Source: an uncultured Desulfobacterales bacterium (GTDB taxonomy: Bacteria; Desulfobacterota; Desulfobacteria; Desulfobacterales; JAHEIW01). From it: DNA of 64,000 nt. Positions within the stretch are counted from its first letter, which is position 1, and each line of letters opens with the position of its first letter. A program made the position numbers and the translations under genes. Below the pieces are notes generated by a model. The model made no database searches. It had not been told where the DNA came from and was given only the letters and a program-made list of their open reading frames with translations. The stretch lies in NCBI GenBank assembly GCA_947259495.1, contig CAMYLV010000008.1, forward strand, positions 71,939-135,938, given 5' to 3'. Positions 35,896 to 45,814 of this stretch are shown piece after piece.

Positions 35896-37125
35896 ATGAA
35901 AGAATTTTTTAAGGTTACGGATTTAGAAACGGTTTTAGACTATCGCACCGAGTTCCCGCGGGTCGGACTCGAGCAGGTCCCTTTGCCGGAGGCGGTTACC
36001 CGAATTTTGGCCGAGGATATCGTTGCCGATGAAGATATACCGGACTTCCCGCGCACTATTGTAGACGGATATGCCGTTCAAGGCGCCTCCACTTTTGGCG
36101 CAAGCGAGGGCAATCCGGCCTATCTGGCAGTCACCGGCAGCATCGCCATGGGAGCGTCGTCGAAATTTGAAATTGCGCCCGGAGAGGCAGCCAGAATCGC
36201 CACCGGCGGGATGGTTCCACCAGGCGCCGATAGCGTGGTAATGATTGAACACACTGAAGCCATTGATGACACGACCATTGAAGTTTACCGCAGCGTCGCC
36301 CCCGGTCAGAACATGATTGCAATCGGCGAAGATATCAATAGACATGCGGTCGTGCTGAGCAAGGGACAGGTCATTCGCCCACAGGAAGCCGGACTTCTGG
36401 CAGCTCTGGGCAAACAGCAAATAACCGTTTATCAAAAGCCCGTTGTCGGCATTGTTTCCAGCGGTGATGAAATCATACCGATCAGCAAAACGCCGCAGGT
36501 GGGACAGATCCGCGATATCAACACCTATACGCTTGCGGGGCTAATTCAGGATGCCGGAGCAGTCGCCGTCCCATATGGAATCGTGCGCGATGATTTTGAA
36601 ATGCTGCTTGAAAAATGCACGCTCGCACTCAGCCACTGCCATATGGTTTTAATTTCCGGCGGCAGTTCGGTCGGCACGCGCGACTTTACCGTCGATGTAC
36701 TTTCAGCCTTGCAAGATGCAAAAATTCTGGTCCACGGCATATCCATCAGCCCCGGCAAACCCACCATTCTGGCAAGGGTTAAAAACAAATCCTTCTGGGG
36801 AATGCCCGGACATGTCGTATCCGCCATGATTGTGTTTTCAAAGGTGGTCAGGCCATTCGTTGAACATTTGGCCGGACAATCCGGTACGGAAGATAGCGTA
36901 CTTCGGCTGCAGGCCAGACTGAGCCGGAATGTGGCTTCGAAGCAGGGCCGCGTGGATTTTATTCGGGTCCGGCTCCGCCATGAGGGCAGCCGGTTATGGG
37001 CGGATCCGGTACTGGGCAAGTCCGGACTGATCAGCACCATGGTCAATGCCAACGGTCTGGTTCAGATTGATATCAACACCGAAGGGCTGGACAAGGGGGC
37101 GCTGGTTGAGGTCGTACCTATTTAG
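35896..37125 (+). CDS. moeA: molybdopterin molybdotransferase MoeA
   Basis: DIPDFPRTIVDGYAV, the GDEI...DINTYTL region and the ISGGSSVGTRDF MoCF-binding motif. ATG 35896 (MKEFFKVTDLETV) is preferred. Confidence 0.85.
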   Translation: MKEFFKVTDLETVLDYRTEFPRVGLEQVPLPEAVTRILAEDIVADEDIPDFPRTIVDGYAVQGASTFGASEGNPAYLAVTGSIAMGASSKFEIAPGEAARIATGGMVPPGADSVVMIEHTEAIDDTTIEVYRSVAPGQNMIAIGEDINRHAVVLSKGQVIRPQEAGLLAALGKQQITVYQKPVVGIVSSGDEIIPISKTPQVGQIRDINTYTLAGLIQDAGAVAVPYGIVRDDFEMLLEKCTLALSHCHMVLISGGSSVGTRDFTVDVLSALQDAKILVHGISISPGKPTILARVKNKSFWGMPGHVVSAMIVFSKVVRPFVEHLAGQSGTEDSVLRLQARLSRNVASKQGRVDFIRVRLRHEGSRLWADPVLGKSGLISTMVNANGLVQIDINTEGLDKGALVEVVPI

Positions 37126-37167
37126 CCTGATTCGGAATTGAATACAGGCTTCAGGTGATATTTACCT

Positions 37168-37302
37168 GGTTCAAAGGTTCAGCGTTCAAAGGTTGTGAGG
37201 TTAGATTACAGACGACAGCTGTCAGAGATAAAATGAAACCGGACCGAATCACTGACGCTGAGCCCCAGAACTCCTGAACCTTGAACCTCTTAACCCTTAA
37301 CC
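37168..37302 (+). repeat. flavoured-hairpin element copy E (GGTTCA / TGAACC arms, gene-less)
   Basis: Left GGTTCAAAGGTTCAGCGTTCAAAGGTTGTGAGGTT. Core ...CAGAGATAAAATGAAACCGGACCG.... Right GAACTCCTGAACCTTGAACCTCTTAACCCTTAACC. Confidence 0.8.
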
Positions 37303-37325
37303 ATCGTCATTTACAGGAAACCGTT

Positions 37326-39254
37326 ATGCGTTTTAAACGCAATATCTACCTGAAGATGAAAACCCTGCCGGAAGCCCGGGACATACTTTTACAGGTATTT
37401 TCCGACCTACCACCGCTGGCGAGCGAAGAAATTCCCGTGCCGGATGCCGTCGGTCGGGTTCTGGCAGAACCGGTCAATGCCCGGCTTTCTTCCCCGAACT
37501 TTCATCTGGCAGCAATGGACGGACTGGCTGTTAAAGCCGAAATCACTTTCGGCGCCAACGCCGCTGCACCGAAAACGCTGAGGGTCGGCCGGGAAACATT
37601 TTATGTCAACACGGGCCATGTCCTGCCACCGGATACCGATGCGGTCATCATGGTCGAAAATGTCAATACGCTGGACGAAAACCGCATTGAGATCGAAGCG
37701 CCCGTATTTCCCTGGCAAAACGTGCGCAGAGTCGGGGAAGACATTGTTGCCACTGAATTGCTTTTCCCTCGGAATCATGTGATCACGCCCTATTGCGTCG
37801 GTGCCCTGCTGTCGGGGGGGGTTTTTCGCGTACCGGTCAAAACGAGGCCAAAGGTATTGATTATTCCCACCGGGTCGGAGCTGGTGGACTGGCGCAAACT
37901 TAAGCTTCATAAATTTCGACCGGGGCAAGTCCTGGAGTCCAATTCGTTTGTTCTGGGCAAGCTGATTGAAAAGTGGGGCGGCACTTTTCGGCGCCATGAA
38001 ATGGTCGTGGACGATACCGCCAAAATAAAAAAGGCCGTTAAAGCAGCCGTAGATGATGATTATCAGATGATTCTAGTGCTTGGCGGATCATCAGCCGGCT
38101 CCGAGGATTTTGCCAAAACCGCCATCGTTGAGCTGGGCGAAATTCACGTTCACGGCGTAACCATTATGCCCGGCAAGCCCATTGTGATCGGATCGGTTGG
38201 TAACAAACCGGTCTTTGGCATTCCGGGTTATCCGGTCTCCGCCATTATTGCTTTTGAACAATTTGTCCAACCCCTGCTGCATGCATGGCTCGGTCAGCCC
38301 GCGCCGCAGCGGGAAACCGTCGATGTCCGGCCGACGAAAAAGATCGCCTCCAAACTCGGGGTGGAAGAATTTCTGCGCGTAAAACTGGGTGAAGTGGGCG
38401 GTCGCATTGTGGCGACCCCGCTGCCCAGAGGCGCCGGCACGATCACATCAATCACCGAAGCCGACGGCATCATTCGCATACCGAATCACGTCGAAGGCAT
38501 CAACGACAATGAGATCGTTTCGGCAGAATTGCTGCGCTCGCTGCCGGCCATTCGCAAAACAATTGTCATCGTGGGAAGCCATGACAATTCCCTGGATGTG
38601 CTTGCCGATCAGCTCAAGGCCGGCCATAGTGAACTAACCCTTTCCTCCAGCCACGTTGGCAGTATGGGTGGTCTGATGGCCATCAAGCGCGGCGTCTGCC
38701 ACCTGGCGGGCACCCATCTTTTAGATGCCGCCGATGGATCGTATAATATTTCCTATCTCAAAAAATATCTGCCGGATACGCCTGTCAGGCTGGTCCATCT
38801 GGTACAGCGCGATCAGGGTCTGATTGTCAAAAAAGGCAACCCCAAGCACATTGGCGGAATCGAGGATCTCAGCCGCAAAGATATCTCCTTTATCAACCGC
38901 CAAATCGGGTCCGGCACGCGAATTTTACTGGACTACAAACTAAACCAGCTAGACGTCAAAGCCGCCGCCATCAACGGTTATCAAAATGAGGAGTTTACCC
39001 ACATGGCCGTGGCCGTGTCTGTGCTAAGCGGAACTGCAGATGCCGGTCTGGGGATTTATGCGGCCGCCAAAGCCCTGGATTTGGAGTTAATCCCGGTGGT
39101 CACCGAGCAGTACGACCTGGTCATCCCCCGTGAATTTTTCGAAACCGATGCTGTTCAGATCCTGTTAAAAATAATCAACAGTCGTGACTTCAAGCAGCGC
39201 GTGGAGGCCCTGGGCGGGTATAACACAAAGAATACCGGCAGTGTTATCTTGTAG
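37326..39254 (+). CDS. MoeA-domain protein fused to a C-terminal periplasmic-binding-protein-like (PBP-like) domain
   Basis: The N-terminal ~400 aa are MoeA-like (AAMDGLAV, LGGSSAGSEDF, GIPGYPVSA). The C-terminal ~230 aa (IVGSHDNSLDVLAD...GSGTRILLD) resemble a PBP-like anion-binding domain. ATG 37326. Confidence 0.75.
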   Translation: MRFKRNIYLKMKTLPEARDILLQVFSDLPPLASEEIPVPDAVGRVLAEPVNARLSSPNFHLAAMDGLAVKAEITFGANAAAPKTLRVGRETFYVNTGHVLPPDTDAVIMVENVNTLDENRIEIEAPVFPWQNVRRVGEDIVATELLFPRNHVITPYCVGALLSGGVFRVPVKTRPKVLIIPTGSELVDWRKLKLHKFRPGQVLESNSFVLGKLIEKWGGTFRRHEMVVDDTAKIKKAVKAAVDDDYQMILVLGGSSAGSEDFAKTAIVELGEIHVHGVTIMPGKPIVIGSVGNKPVFGIPGYPVSAIIAFEQFVQPLLHAWLGQPAPQRETVDVRPTKKIASKLGVEEFLRVKLGEVGGRIVATPLPRGAGTITSITEADGIIRIPNHVEGINDNEIVSAELLRSLPAIRKTIVIVGSHDNSLDVLADQLKAGHSELTLSSSHVGSMGGLMAIKRGVCHLAGTHLLDAADGSYNISYLKKYLPDTPVRLVHLVQRDQGLIVKKGNPKHIGGIEDLSRKDISFINRQIGSGTRILLDYKLNQLDVKAAAINGYQNEEFTHMAVAVSVLSGTADAGLGIYAAAKALDLELIPVVTEQYDLVIPREFFETDAVQILLKIINSRDFKQRVEALGGYNTKNTGSVIL

Positions 39255-39290
39255 CTAATTCCAGAAACGGGTAATATAAAGTCACGAAAA

Positions 39291-39372
39291 CCAGGCATGG
39301 GGCATGGCGTCCAAAATAGACAGCTTTCAGTTTCATATTTTAACACCATGCTCCCTGCTCCATGCCCTTTGC
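39291..39372 (-). repeat. flavoured-hairpin element copy F (GCATGG / CCATGC arms, gene-less, inverted orientation)
   Basis: CCAGGCATGGGGCATGGCGTCC ... CACCATGCTCCCTGCTCCATGCCCTTTG. The reverse-complement core reads TTAAAATATGAAACTGAAAG. Confidence 0.7.
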
Positions 39373-39443
39373 GGTTAATTAAGAGGTTTATTCCCTTATT
39401 GGCCGCAGATTTTTAACGGCAACATAGATCCGAACAGGACCAT

Positions 39444-40274
39444 ATGAATTTTGCTGAGGCGATTATATTGGGTATTATACAGGGCTTGACCGAATTTTTA
39501 CCGGTCAGCAGCTCGGGGCATCTGGTGCTGCTGCAACAGTTGCTCGGGCTCAAGGAAGCCGAAATTTTTTTTGATGTTTGTGTCCACCTGGGAACACTGG
39601 TGGCCGTCATTATTGTCTTCCAGCAGGAAATAAAAAATATCATCACGGCCCTGCTGCGGCTTTTATCAGTGGCAGGGCAAAAAGATCGCATGCTGTCGAT
39701 GATTGAATCCGATCCGGAATTAAAAATGGCGTTGCTGATTGTTATCGGATCCATCCCGACCGCTTTACTGGGGCTGGCATTTAGCGGCATCGCTGATCGG
39801 CTGTTTGCATCGGTATTTATCGTCGGCTTGATGCTGATTGTAACAGGCGCGCTGTTATGGTTCACCCGTTGGACGACAAAACGCGTCCAAGCGCCCGGGG
39901 TCGACCGACTGACCCCTAAAAATGCATTTGTCATCGGAATTGTGCAGGGATTGGCCATCATCCCCGGCATTTCCAGATCCGGCTCAACAATCAGCATCGG
40001 ACTGCTGTTGGGTATCAAGCGTGAAATAGCGGCTCGATATTCCTTTTTACTCTCCATACCCGCCATTGTCGGGGCCGGATTGCTGAGCCTAAAAGAGGGT
40101 TTGTCGGGGACAGATGTAATCATCCAGATTTATCTAGTGGGTGCCGTTGCGGCTGCAATCGTGGGGTATGCTGCATTAAAAGCCCTGCTGCATGTGGTCA
40201 AAAAAGGGAGCCTGTATGTGTTTGCGCCCTACTGCTGGCTGGTCGGTATCCTGGCAATCGTCTTCGGCCGGTAA
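39444..40274 (+). CDS. uppP: undecaprenyl-diphosphate phosphatase
   Basis: IIQGLTEFLPVSSSGHL and PGISRSGSTI motifs of the BacA/UppP family. Confidence 0.9.
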   Translation: MNFAEAIILGIIQGLTEFLPVSSSGHLVLLQQLLGLKEAEIFFDVCVHLGTLVAVIIVFQQEIKNIITALLRLLSVAGQKDRMLSMIESDPELKMALLIVIGSIPTALLGLAFSGIADRLFASVFIVGLMLIVTGALLWFTRWTTKRVQAPGVDRLTPKNAFVIGIVQGLAIIPGISRSGSTISIGLLLGIKREIAARYSFLLSIPAIVGAGLLSLKEGLSGTDVIIQIYLVGAVAAAIVGYAALKALLHVVKKGSLYVFAPYCWLVGILAIVFGR

Positions 40275-40280
40275 GATCTT

Positions 40281-40588
40281 GCTACTGGCCACTGGCCACT
40301 GGCGGTCGCAAGGAACTGCCCTACGCTCCGGTTTCATCTGTCATCAGTCTTCTGTGATCTAACCTCTGAACCTGCAAAACCACTCAAAGCCCTGCCAGAT
40401 TAGGCCGGAAAACGACAACTCAGTGCCCCAGGAAGACAACTCAGGCCGCAGGGCAGAAAGCAATCGTCTGTGTAAGTTGCATACCATTATTGAGCACCCG
40501 GCAGGGCGTATCGACAAGCTAACGGCCAACAGCCAGTAACCCGTAGCCAGGTTCAAGACGCCTGTAGCGAGAAGCCGGTAGCCAGTAA
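40281..40588. repeat. composite repeat region G (ACTGGCC / GCCAGT arms enclosing an inverted GGTTCA-type half element)
   Basis: Left GCTACTGGCCACTGGCCACTGGCGG. Right ...CAGCCAGTAACCCGTAGCCAGG...GCCGGTAGCCAGTAAA. The reverse complement of 40326-40376 (GGTTCAGAGGTTAGATCACAGAAGACTGATGACAGATGAAACCGGAGCG) parallels the core of copy E. Confidence 0.65.
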
Positions 40589-40647
40589 ATACAGTTGTGC
40601 TGATTCGATCTGAATGATACAAAACAGCGCTTTCGGTGAAATGATTC

Positions 40648-41829
40648 ATGAACTTAGGCGATAAAAAAATATTTGCGACCCTTTTTTTTTCCATATTTGC
40701 CACCGTCACCGGTGTGGGCATTGTGATACCGCTGCTTCCGGTTTACGCCCATAACCTGGGCGCCAGCGGCTTTTACATCGGAATGATTTTCGGCTCTTTC
40801 TCCCTGGCCCGAACAATTTTCCTGCCTTATTTTGGCCGGCTTTCAGACCGCAGGGGGCGGAAGCCCCTGATTGTTCCCGCACTCCTGGCCTATGCGGCCA
40901 TTTCATTGGGGTTTATTTTTTTCAAAGACATCAATGCGCTAATTTTTCTGCGGTTTTTGCAGGGAATTGCCTCTGCCATGCTGATGCCCATCATTCAGGC
41001 ATATATTGGTGATATTACGCCGCCCGGCAATGAGGGTTTCACCATGGGGTTGTTTAACATGTCCATGTTCTGCGGGTTGAGCATCGGACCCTTTCTGGGG
41101 GGGTTCATCCATGACCGTTTCAGTCTGCAAACTTCTTTTGCCTGTATGGGGCTGCTGGCCCTCATCGGATTTTTTTTAAGCCTTTTTTTGCTGCCCCCGA
41201 CCCGCTCAGAAAAATATCTCAGTAGCGGGAAATCACCGGTGGAATGGAAACACCTGTTTGCGGAGCGGGATATTGCCAGTATTTTTCTTTTCAGATTTTC
41301 CCACATCCTGTGCATCGGAATTATCTGGACCTTCCTGCCGCTTTATGCCAAAATTAAATTTGGTGCTTCAAGCTCGGCCATCGGCATATTAATCATGCTG
41401 GGTGTGCTCGTCAGCGGCATACTCCATGTGCCCATGGGCTATTTGGCTGACAAAATCAACAAACGCTGGATGGTGGCGTCCGGAGGGCTGATCGTTGCGG
41501 GCGCCATTTGTGCATTCGAATGGGTCCCGGATCTTACAGGGCTGATCTGGGCCAGTATTTTTTTGGGCATCGGCGGTGGCATCGCTGTGCCGGCCCTGAT
41601 GGCCATTGCGGTCCTCAAAGGCAGCGAAACCGATTCGATGGGCTCTGTGATGGCCATTTTGACACTGGCGCACAGTCTGGGAATGCTTTGCGGATCCTTA
41701 ATCGGCGGCTTAATGATGGATGTATTTCAACTGAAAGCTGCATTTCCGCTGGGCGCAGTCGTTATGATTTTAACGGTTGCGGCTTTCCTGTTCAGCACAC
41801 GTTCGCGGAAGAGATTATCAGGTCGCTAA
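40648..41829 (+). CDS. MFS transporter
   Basis: 393 aa with 12 TM helices and the loop 2-3 motif GRLSDRRGRKP. Confidence 0.85.
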   Translation: MNLGDKKIFATLFFSIFATVTGVGIVIPLLPVYAHNLGASGFYIGMIFGSFSLARTIFLPYFGRLSDRRGRKPLIVPALLAYAAISLGFIFFKDINALIFLRFLQGIASAMLMPIIQAYIGDITPPGNEGFTMGLFNMSMFCGLSIGPFLGGFIHDRFSLQTSFACMGLLALIGFFLSLFLLPPTRSEKYLSSGKSPVEWKHLFAERDIASIFLFRFSHILCIGIIWTFLPLYAKIKFGASSSAIGILIMLGVLVSGILHVPMGYLADKINKRWMVASGGLIVAGAICAFEWVPDLTGLIWASIFLGIGGGIAVPALMAIAVLKGSETDSMGSVMAILTLAHSLGMLCGSLIGGLMMDVFQLKAAFPLGAVVMILTVAAFLFSTRSRKRLSGR

Positions 41830-41997
41830 ATTGACATCATTTGTAGGTGCATTAACTTAGAGCTACTGTGAGCCTTTCAAATTTTAAGAAAGAATTTTTT
41901 TGTTTTAGTTAAGCGGAACGACATCTTCCGTGTACCTGTGGCAACCTCGACAATCGCTCAATTTAGGCAGAACAAAATCGATTATCTGGAAAAAACT

Positions 41998-43113
41998 ATG
42001 AGCACCAAACGGGATTATTACGAAATTCTAGCTGTCAGCCAAAATGCCAGCGACAATGAACTGAAAACTGCCTACCGCAAACTGGCATTAAAATACCATC
42101 CGGACAGAAACCCAAACGATCAAAAAGCAGAGGAAAAATTTAAAGAAGCTGCCGAGGCTTACGAGGTACTGCGAGATCCACAAAAGCGTTCCCTTTATGA
42201 CCAGTATGGCCATGCCGGGCTTGAAAATACCGGTTTTCACGGTTTCGGCGGCTTTGAAGATATTTTTTCCAGCTTCGGAGACATTTTTGAAGATTTTTTT
42301 GGCTTCTCATCCCGCCGACGCTCAAGGAGCCGGGCCATGCCCGGTGCCGATTTGCGATACGATCTCAGCCTGGATTTTATGGAAGCGGTTTTTGGAATCG
42401 AAACCGAGATTGAAATTGAAAAACGGGAAATCTGTCCCGACTGTGGCGGCAATGGATGCGAGAAAGACACCGAGCCGGAAAGCTGCCGTCATTGCAACGG
42501 CACCGGCCAGGTTTCCCGCAGCCAGGGGTTCTTTACGGTCCGGACCACCTGTCCGACATGCCGTGGTAATGGCCAGATTATTCCGCATCCCTGTCCAAAA
42601 TGCCGCGGAATGGGTCAGGTGATGGCCAGCAAAAAAGTCGCGGTCAAAATTCCGGCCGGGGTCGATAACGGCTCCAGATTGCGCCTGACCGGAGAGGGCG
42701 AGTCGGGTGTATTGGGAGGCCCCCCCGGCGATCTATATGTTTTTATCCATACTCAGTCGCATGACTTTTTCAAACGACGGGATACGGATATCATTTGCGA
42801 GATCCCCATTTCATTTGTCCAAGCTGCCCTGGGCGACAAAATCAGCGTGCCGACCTTAAACGGCGACAAAACCCTTAAAATTCCAAAAGGTACCCAACCG
42901 GGCGATATTTTTTATTTCCATGGAGAAGGCATTCCATCGTTAAGAACGCTGCAACGGGGTGACCAGATTATCCAGGTGGCCGTTAAAACACCCACCCATC
43001 TTACAAAAAAGCAGGAAACGCTTCTGAAAGAATTTGCCGAACTCGAGTCAAAAAAAATTTCATATAAGATAAAGAACATCCTTAAAGGGGATGCCAACAA
43101 AGCAACCGGCTAG
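41998..43113 (+). CDS. dnaJ: molecular chaperone DnaJ
   Basis: J domain (DYYEILAV...[13 protein letters not shown]), G/F-rich region and four CxxCxGxG zinc motifs. ATG 41998. Confidence 0.9.
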   Translation: MSTKRDYYEILAVSQNASDNELKTAYRKLALKYHPDRNPNDQKAEEKFKEAAEAYEVLRDPQKRSLYDQYGHAGLENTGFHGFGGFEDIFSSFGDIFEDFFGFSSRRRSRSRAMPGADLRYDLSLDFMEAVFGIETEIEIEKREICPDCGGNGCEKDTEPESCRHCNGTGQVSRSQGFFTVRTTCPTCRGNGQIIPHPCPKCRGMGQVMASKKVAVKIPAGVDNGSRLRLTGEGESGVLGGPPGDLYVFIHTQSHDFFKRRDTDIICEIPISFVQAALGDKISVPTLNGDKTLKIPKGTQPGDIFYFHGEGIPSLRTLQRGDQIIQVAVKTPTHLTKKQETLLKEFAELESKKISYKIKNILKGDANKATG

Positions 43114-43148
43114 TTTTCAAAAAATGATTCCTTTTCTTGGTTAATGCA

Positions 43149-43523
43149 ATGTTTGAACTAAAAGTCGTAACGCGTTTTGCAGCTGCTCATCAGCTGACGA
43201 TGGTTGGATCAAAATGTGAAAATATGCACGGTCACAACTGGAAAGTCGAGGTCTATGTCACTGGAGAAAAGCTTGGTGCCGGCGGCGTGCTGGTGGATTT
43301 TGGGGCGATCAAGGCCCATCTGGCCGATGTAATCAAAAAATTGGATCACAAATTTTTAAACGAGCTCGATTATATCCCTGACGGAAAACCGTCATCGGAA
43401 AACATCGCCTATTTTGTGGCCACAGAGCTGCAGACCAAAATCGACGATTCAGCAGTCCAAGTTAGCCGGGTCACGGCCTGGGAATCCGACGACGCATGTG
43501 CAACTTATATCGTAAAAAGATGA
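43149..43523 (+). CDS. queD: 6-carboxy-5,6,7,8-tetrahydropterin synthase
   Basis: FAAAHQL...HGHNWKVEV and ESDDACATY, the PTPS/QueD pattern. ATG 43149. Confidence 0.8.
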   Translation: MFELKVVTRFAAAHQLTMVGSKCENMHGHNWKVEVYVTGEKLGAGGVLVDFGAIKAHLADVIKKLDHKFLNELDYIPDGKPSSENIAYFVATELQTKIDDSAVQVSRVTAWESDDACATYIVKR

Positions 43524-43612
43524 CAGGGAACAGAGATCAGAAGACAGATGCTAAGATTGAAAGATGGCGCACCTTATCTGACTTCTGTTTTCCGTCTTCT
43601 GTCATCTCTTTT
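43524..43612 (+). repeat. hairpin element H (CAGAAGAC / GTCTTCTG flavour) between convergent queD and pyrE
   Basis: ACAGAGATCAGAAGACAG ... CCGTCTTCTGTCATCTCT can pair. The left part resembles the AGATCACAGAAGAC...ACAGATG core of copies E/G. It probably also acts as a bidirectional terminator. Confidence 0.5.
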
Positions 43613-44165
43613 CTGAAAGATACCGCTTCATCAGTTCGTCCCGAGTTATAATACCGGAAACATTCGGCACGTGCCGCCGAATGTTATCAAGCCCCCCTTC
43701 CTGTCGATCAACAAAAATCACGGCCTTAATAACTTCCAACCCCTCGGCGCGGGCCCGTTCAATGGCCTTGATGGTGGAGCTACCGGTCGTGGCCACATCA
43801 TCGATAATAGCCACCCGCTCACCCGGCTGGATATCGCCTTCAATCCAGCGAATCATTCCGTGATCCTTGCGTGTCTTTCGAATGGAAAAAGCATTGATCG
43901 GCCTGGCCTTTAACTCGGAGGTAAAGGCCGTGGCGACTGCCAGCGGATCGGCACCAAAAGTCAAGCCGCCGACTGCGGTCACATCGTCGTCTTTGATCGA
44001 CTCAAATAACAGGTGCCCCGCCAGGTACATGCCACGAGCGCAGAGGGTGGCCGGTTTACAATTGACGTAAAACTGACTCATCCGGCCCGACACCAGTTTA
44101 TAGATCGGCTCTTTGCTGAATTTGAAGGACTTCTGACACAACATGTCGATTAATTCTGCTTTCAT
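43602..44165 (-). CDS. pyrE: orotate phosphoribosyltransferase (short type)
   Basis: [24 protein letters not shown], and the PRPP loop [16 protein letters not shown] 44165. Confidence 0.8.
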   Translation of the reverse strand: MKAELIDMLCQKSFKFSKEPIYKLVSGRMSQFYVNCKPATLCARGMYLAGHLLFESIKDDDVTAVGGLTFGADPLAVATAFTSELKARPINAFSIRKTRKDHGMIRWIEGDIQPGERVAIIDDVATTGSSTIKAIERARAEGLEVIKAVIFVDRQEGGLDNIRRHVPNVSGIITRDELMKRYLSEKR

Positions 44166-44461
44166 TGCCGCCACCCTTGTATTTAAACGTCATCTTTATT
44201 GATACGCGAAGCTGGTAATTGTGATTAAACGACCTGCGGAGCCCGCTAACCAAGAAAATATTGATTTTAAAAGCGCGATTGGATATAAAAAAGCCTCCAC
44301 TAAAAAGAAAGAAGCCTGTTAATGGGATTCAGCGGAGGCTTTAAGCAAGGAAAACCCGGGAAGGCACTCCTTGAACTCACAGAGGTTTGTAACAGTAAAA
44401 TCAGAGTCGGTCAATTCGTATCTCTAAAATGCGTCGCATTTTAATCCGCAGAGGAATATAT

Positions 44462-45814
44462 ATGACGATGAAAAACAGGGCTCTTCGGAATCTATTTTTA
44501 TATTGGCTCAGCGGACTCACCCTGCTGATGCCGGCTGTTTTAGCGGCTGGTGATCCCCCTGAAGTGCTTTCTCTCAATGATACGGTCAAAATAGCGCTCG
44601 ATGCCAATTTGAACCTAAAACAATCCCAGGAAGAAGTCAAAGCCGCTGAACAAAATCGCAGGGCAAGCGTGACTCAATTTTTTCCGACCCTCAGCGCTTC
44701 CTATGACTATGTGCATCGAAACAAGGAACAAACCCAGGAGCTGACCGGAATAGGGGCAGGGCCGCCTTTTGTGGTCCGCCCTGATGATGAATATACTTTT
44801 GTAACCTCATTTAACCAACCGATATTCAGAGGATTTTCGCTGATTAACCAGTATCGAATCGCCGATCTGGGTCTCGACGCAGCTGAATTTGGCGCAAAGA
44901 TAACGCGGCAGGATGTGATTCTGGATGCTAAAAATGCATTTTACTCGGTATTAAAAACCTTAAAGCTGCTGGAGGTTGCCAAACAGCGGGTTAACCAAAT
45001 CGCCGCCCAGAAAGAGGTGGCCGAAAATTTTTACGAGGTCGGGATGTCCCCGCTCAACGATTTGCTGGAGTCTCAGGCATCGCTGGCCAATGCCCGGCAG
45101 GCCCATATTGCGGCGCTAAATGATCTGGCGATCGCCAAATCCCAATTCAACACGCTCCTTCGGCGACGCGTAAATACACCGGTGGAACTGCAGGACATCC
45201 TTGATTATTCACCCTTTGTGCATGATTTCCAATATTGCCTGGAGAGTGCCAGCAATAACCGGCTCGAAATCACCGTGGCTAATCTGGATGTTGAAATCGC
45301 TGAAAAAGAGATTAGCCTGGCTAAAAAGGATTACATGCCTTCGGTCAACTTGAGAGGAGAGTATGTCCGGTCCGGTGATGATTGGGAAGTGGGCGGCGGA
45401 GAAGGAATTTCCGATGCGAGACGCTGGAATATCCGGGCTACAGCCGAGTGGGATTTCTGGGAATGGGGTCGAACCCATTTCGGTGTCAGAGAAAAATTGC
45501 ATCGCCTTTCTCAGGCTCAATATCGCCGAGAGCAAATTCTGGACAATATTGAACTGGAGGTTAAAACTGCCTATCTGCGGACGCGCGAAAGTGAAAAAAA
45601 TATCATCACCGTTGAGAAAGCCATCGAGCAGGCCAAGGAAAACTTTCGTATAAACCAGGAACGGTTTAAAGAACAGGTGGCCACCACCACCGATGTTTTA
45701 GATGCCCAGACGTTGCTATCCGATACCCTGACCAATTATTTTAACGCCCTTTATGATTTTAAGATTTCAAAAGCCACGCTTTACCGTGCGATGGGGCAGG
45801 AAGTGATGGAATGA
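44462..45814 (+). CDS. TolC-family outer membrane efflux protein
   Basis: Signal peptide, two repeated OEP coiled-coil halves, and a C-terminal YDFKISKATLYRAMG. Confidence 0.85.
   Translation: MTMKNRALRNLFLYWLSGLTLLMPAVLAAGDPPEVLSLNDTVKIALDANLNLKQSQEEVKAAEQNRRASVTQFFPTLSASYDYVHRNKEQTQELTGIGAGPPFVVRPDDEYTFVTSFNQPIFRGFSLINQYRIADLGLDAAEFGAKITRQDVILDAKNAFYSVLKTLKLLEVAKQRVNQIAAQKEVAENFYEVGMSPLNDLLESQASLANARQAHIAALNDLAIAKSQFNTLLRRRVNTPVELQDILDYSPFVHDFQYCLESASNNRLEITVANLDVEIAEKEISLAKKDYMPSVNLRGEYVRSGDDWEVGGGEGISDARRWNIRATAEWDFWEWGRTHFGVREKLHRLSQAQYRREQILDNIELEVKTAYLRTRESEKNIITVEKAIEQAKENFRINQERFKEQVATTTDVLDAQTLLSDTLTNYFNALYDFKISKATLYRAMGQEVME

Noticed and set aside
39413-40123. 236-aa minus-strand ORF antisense to uppP.
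   Set aside because: uppP carries unambiguous family motifs on the plus strand. The antisense frame is Ser/Pro-rich with no signal.
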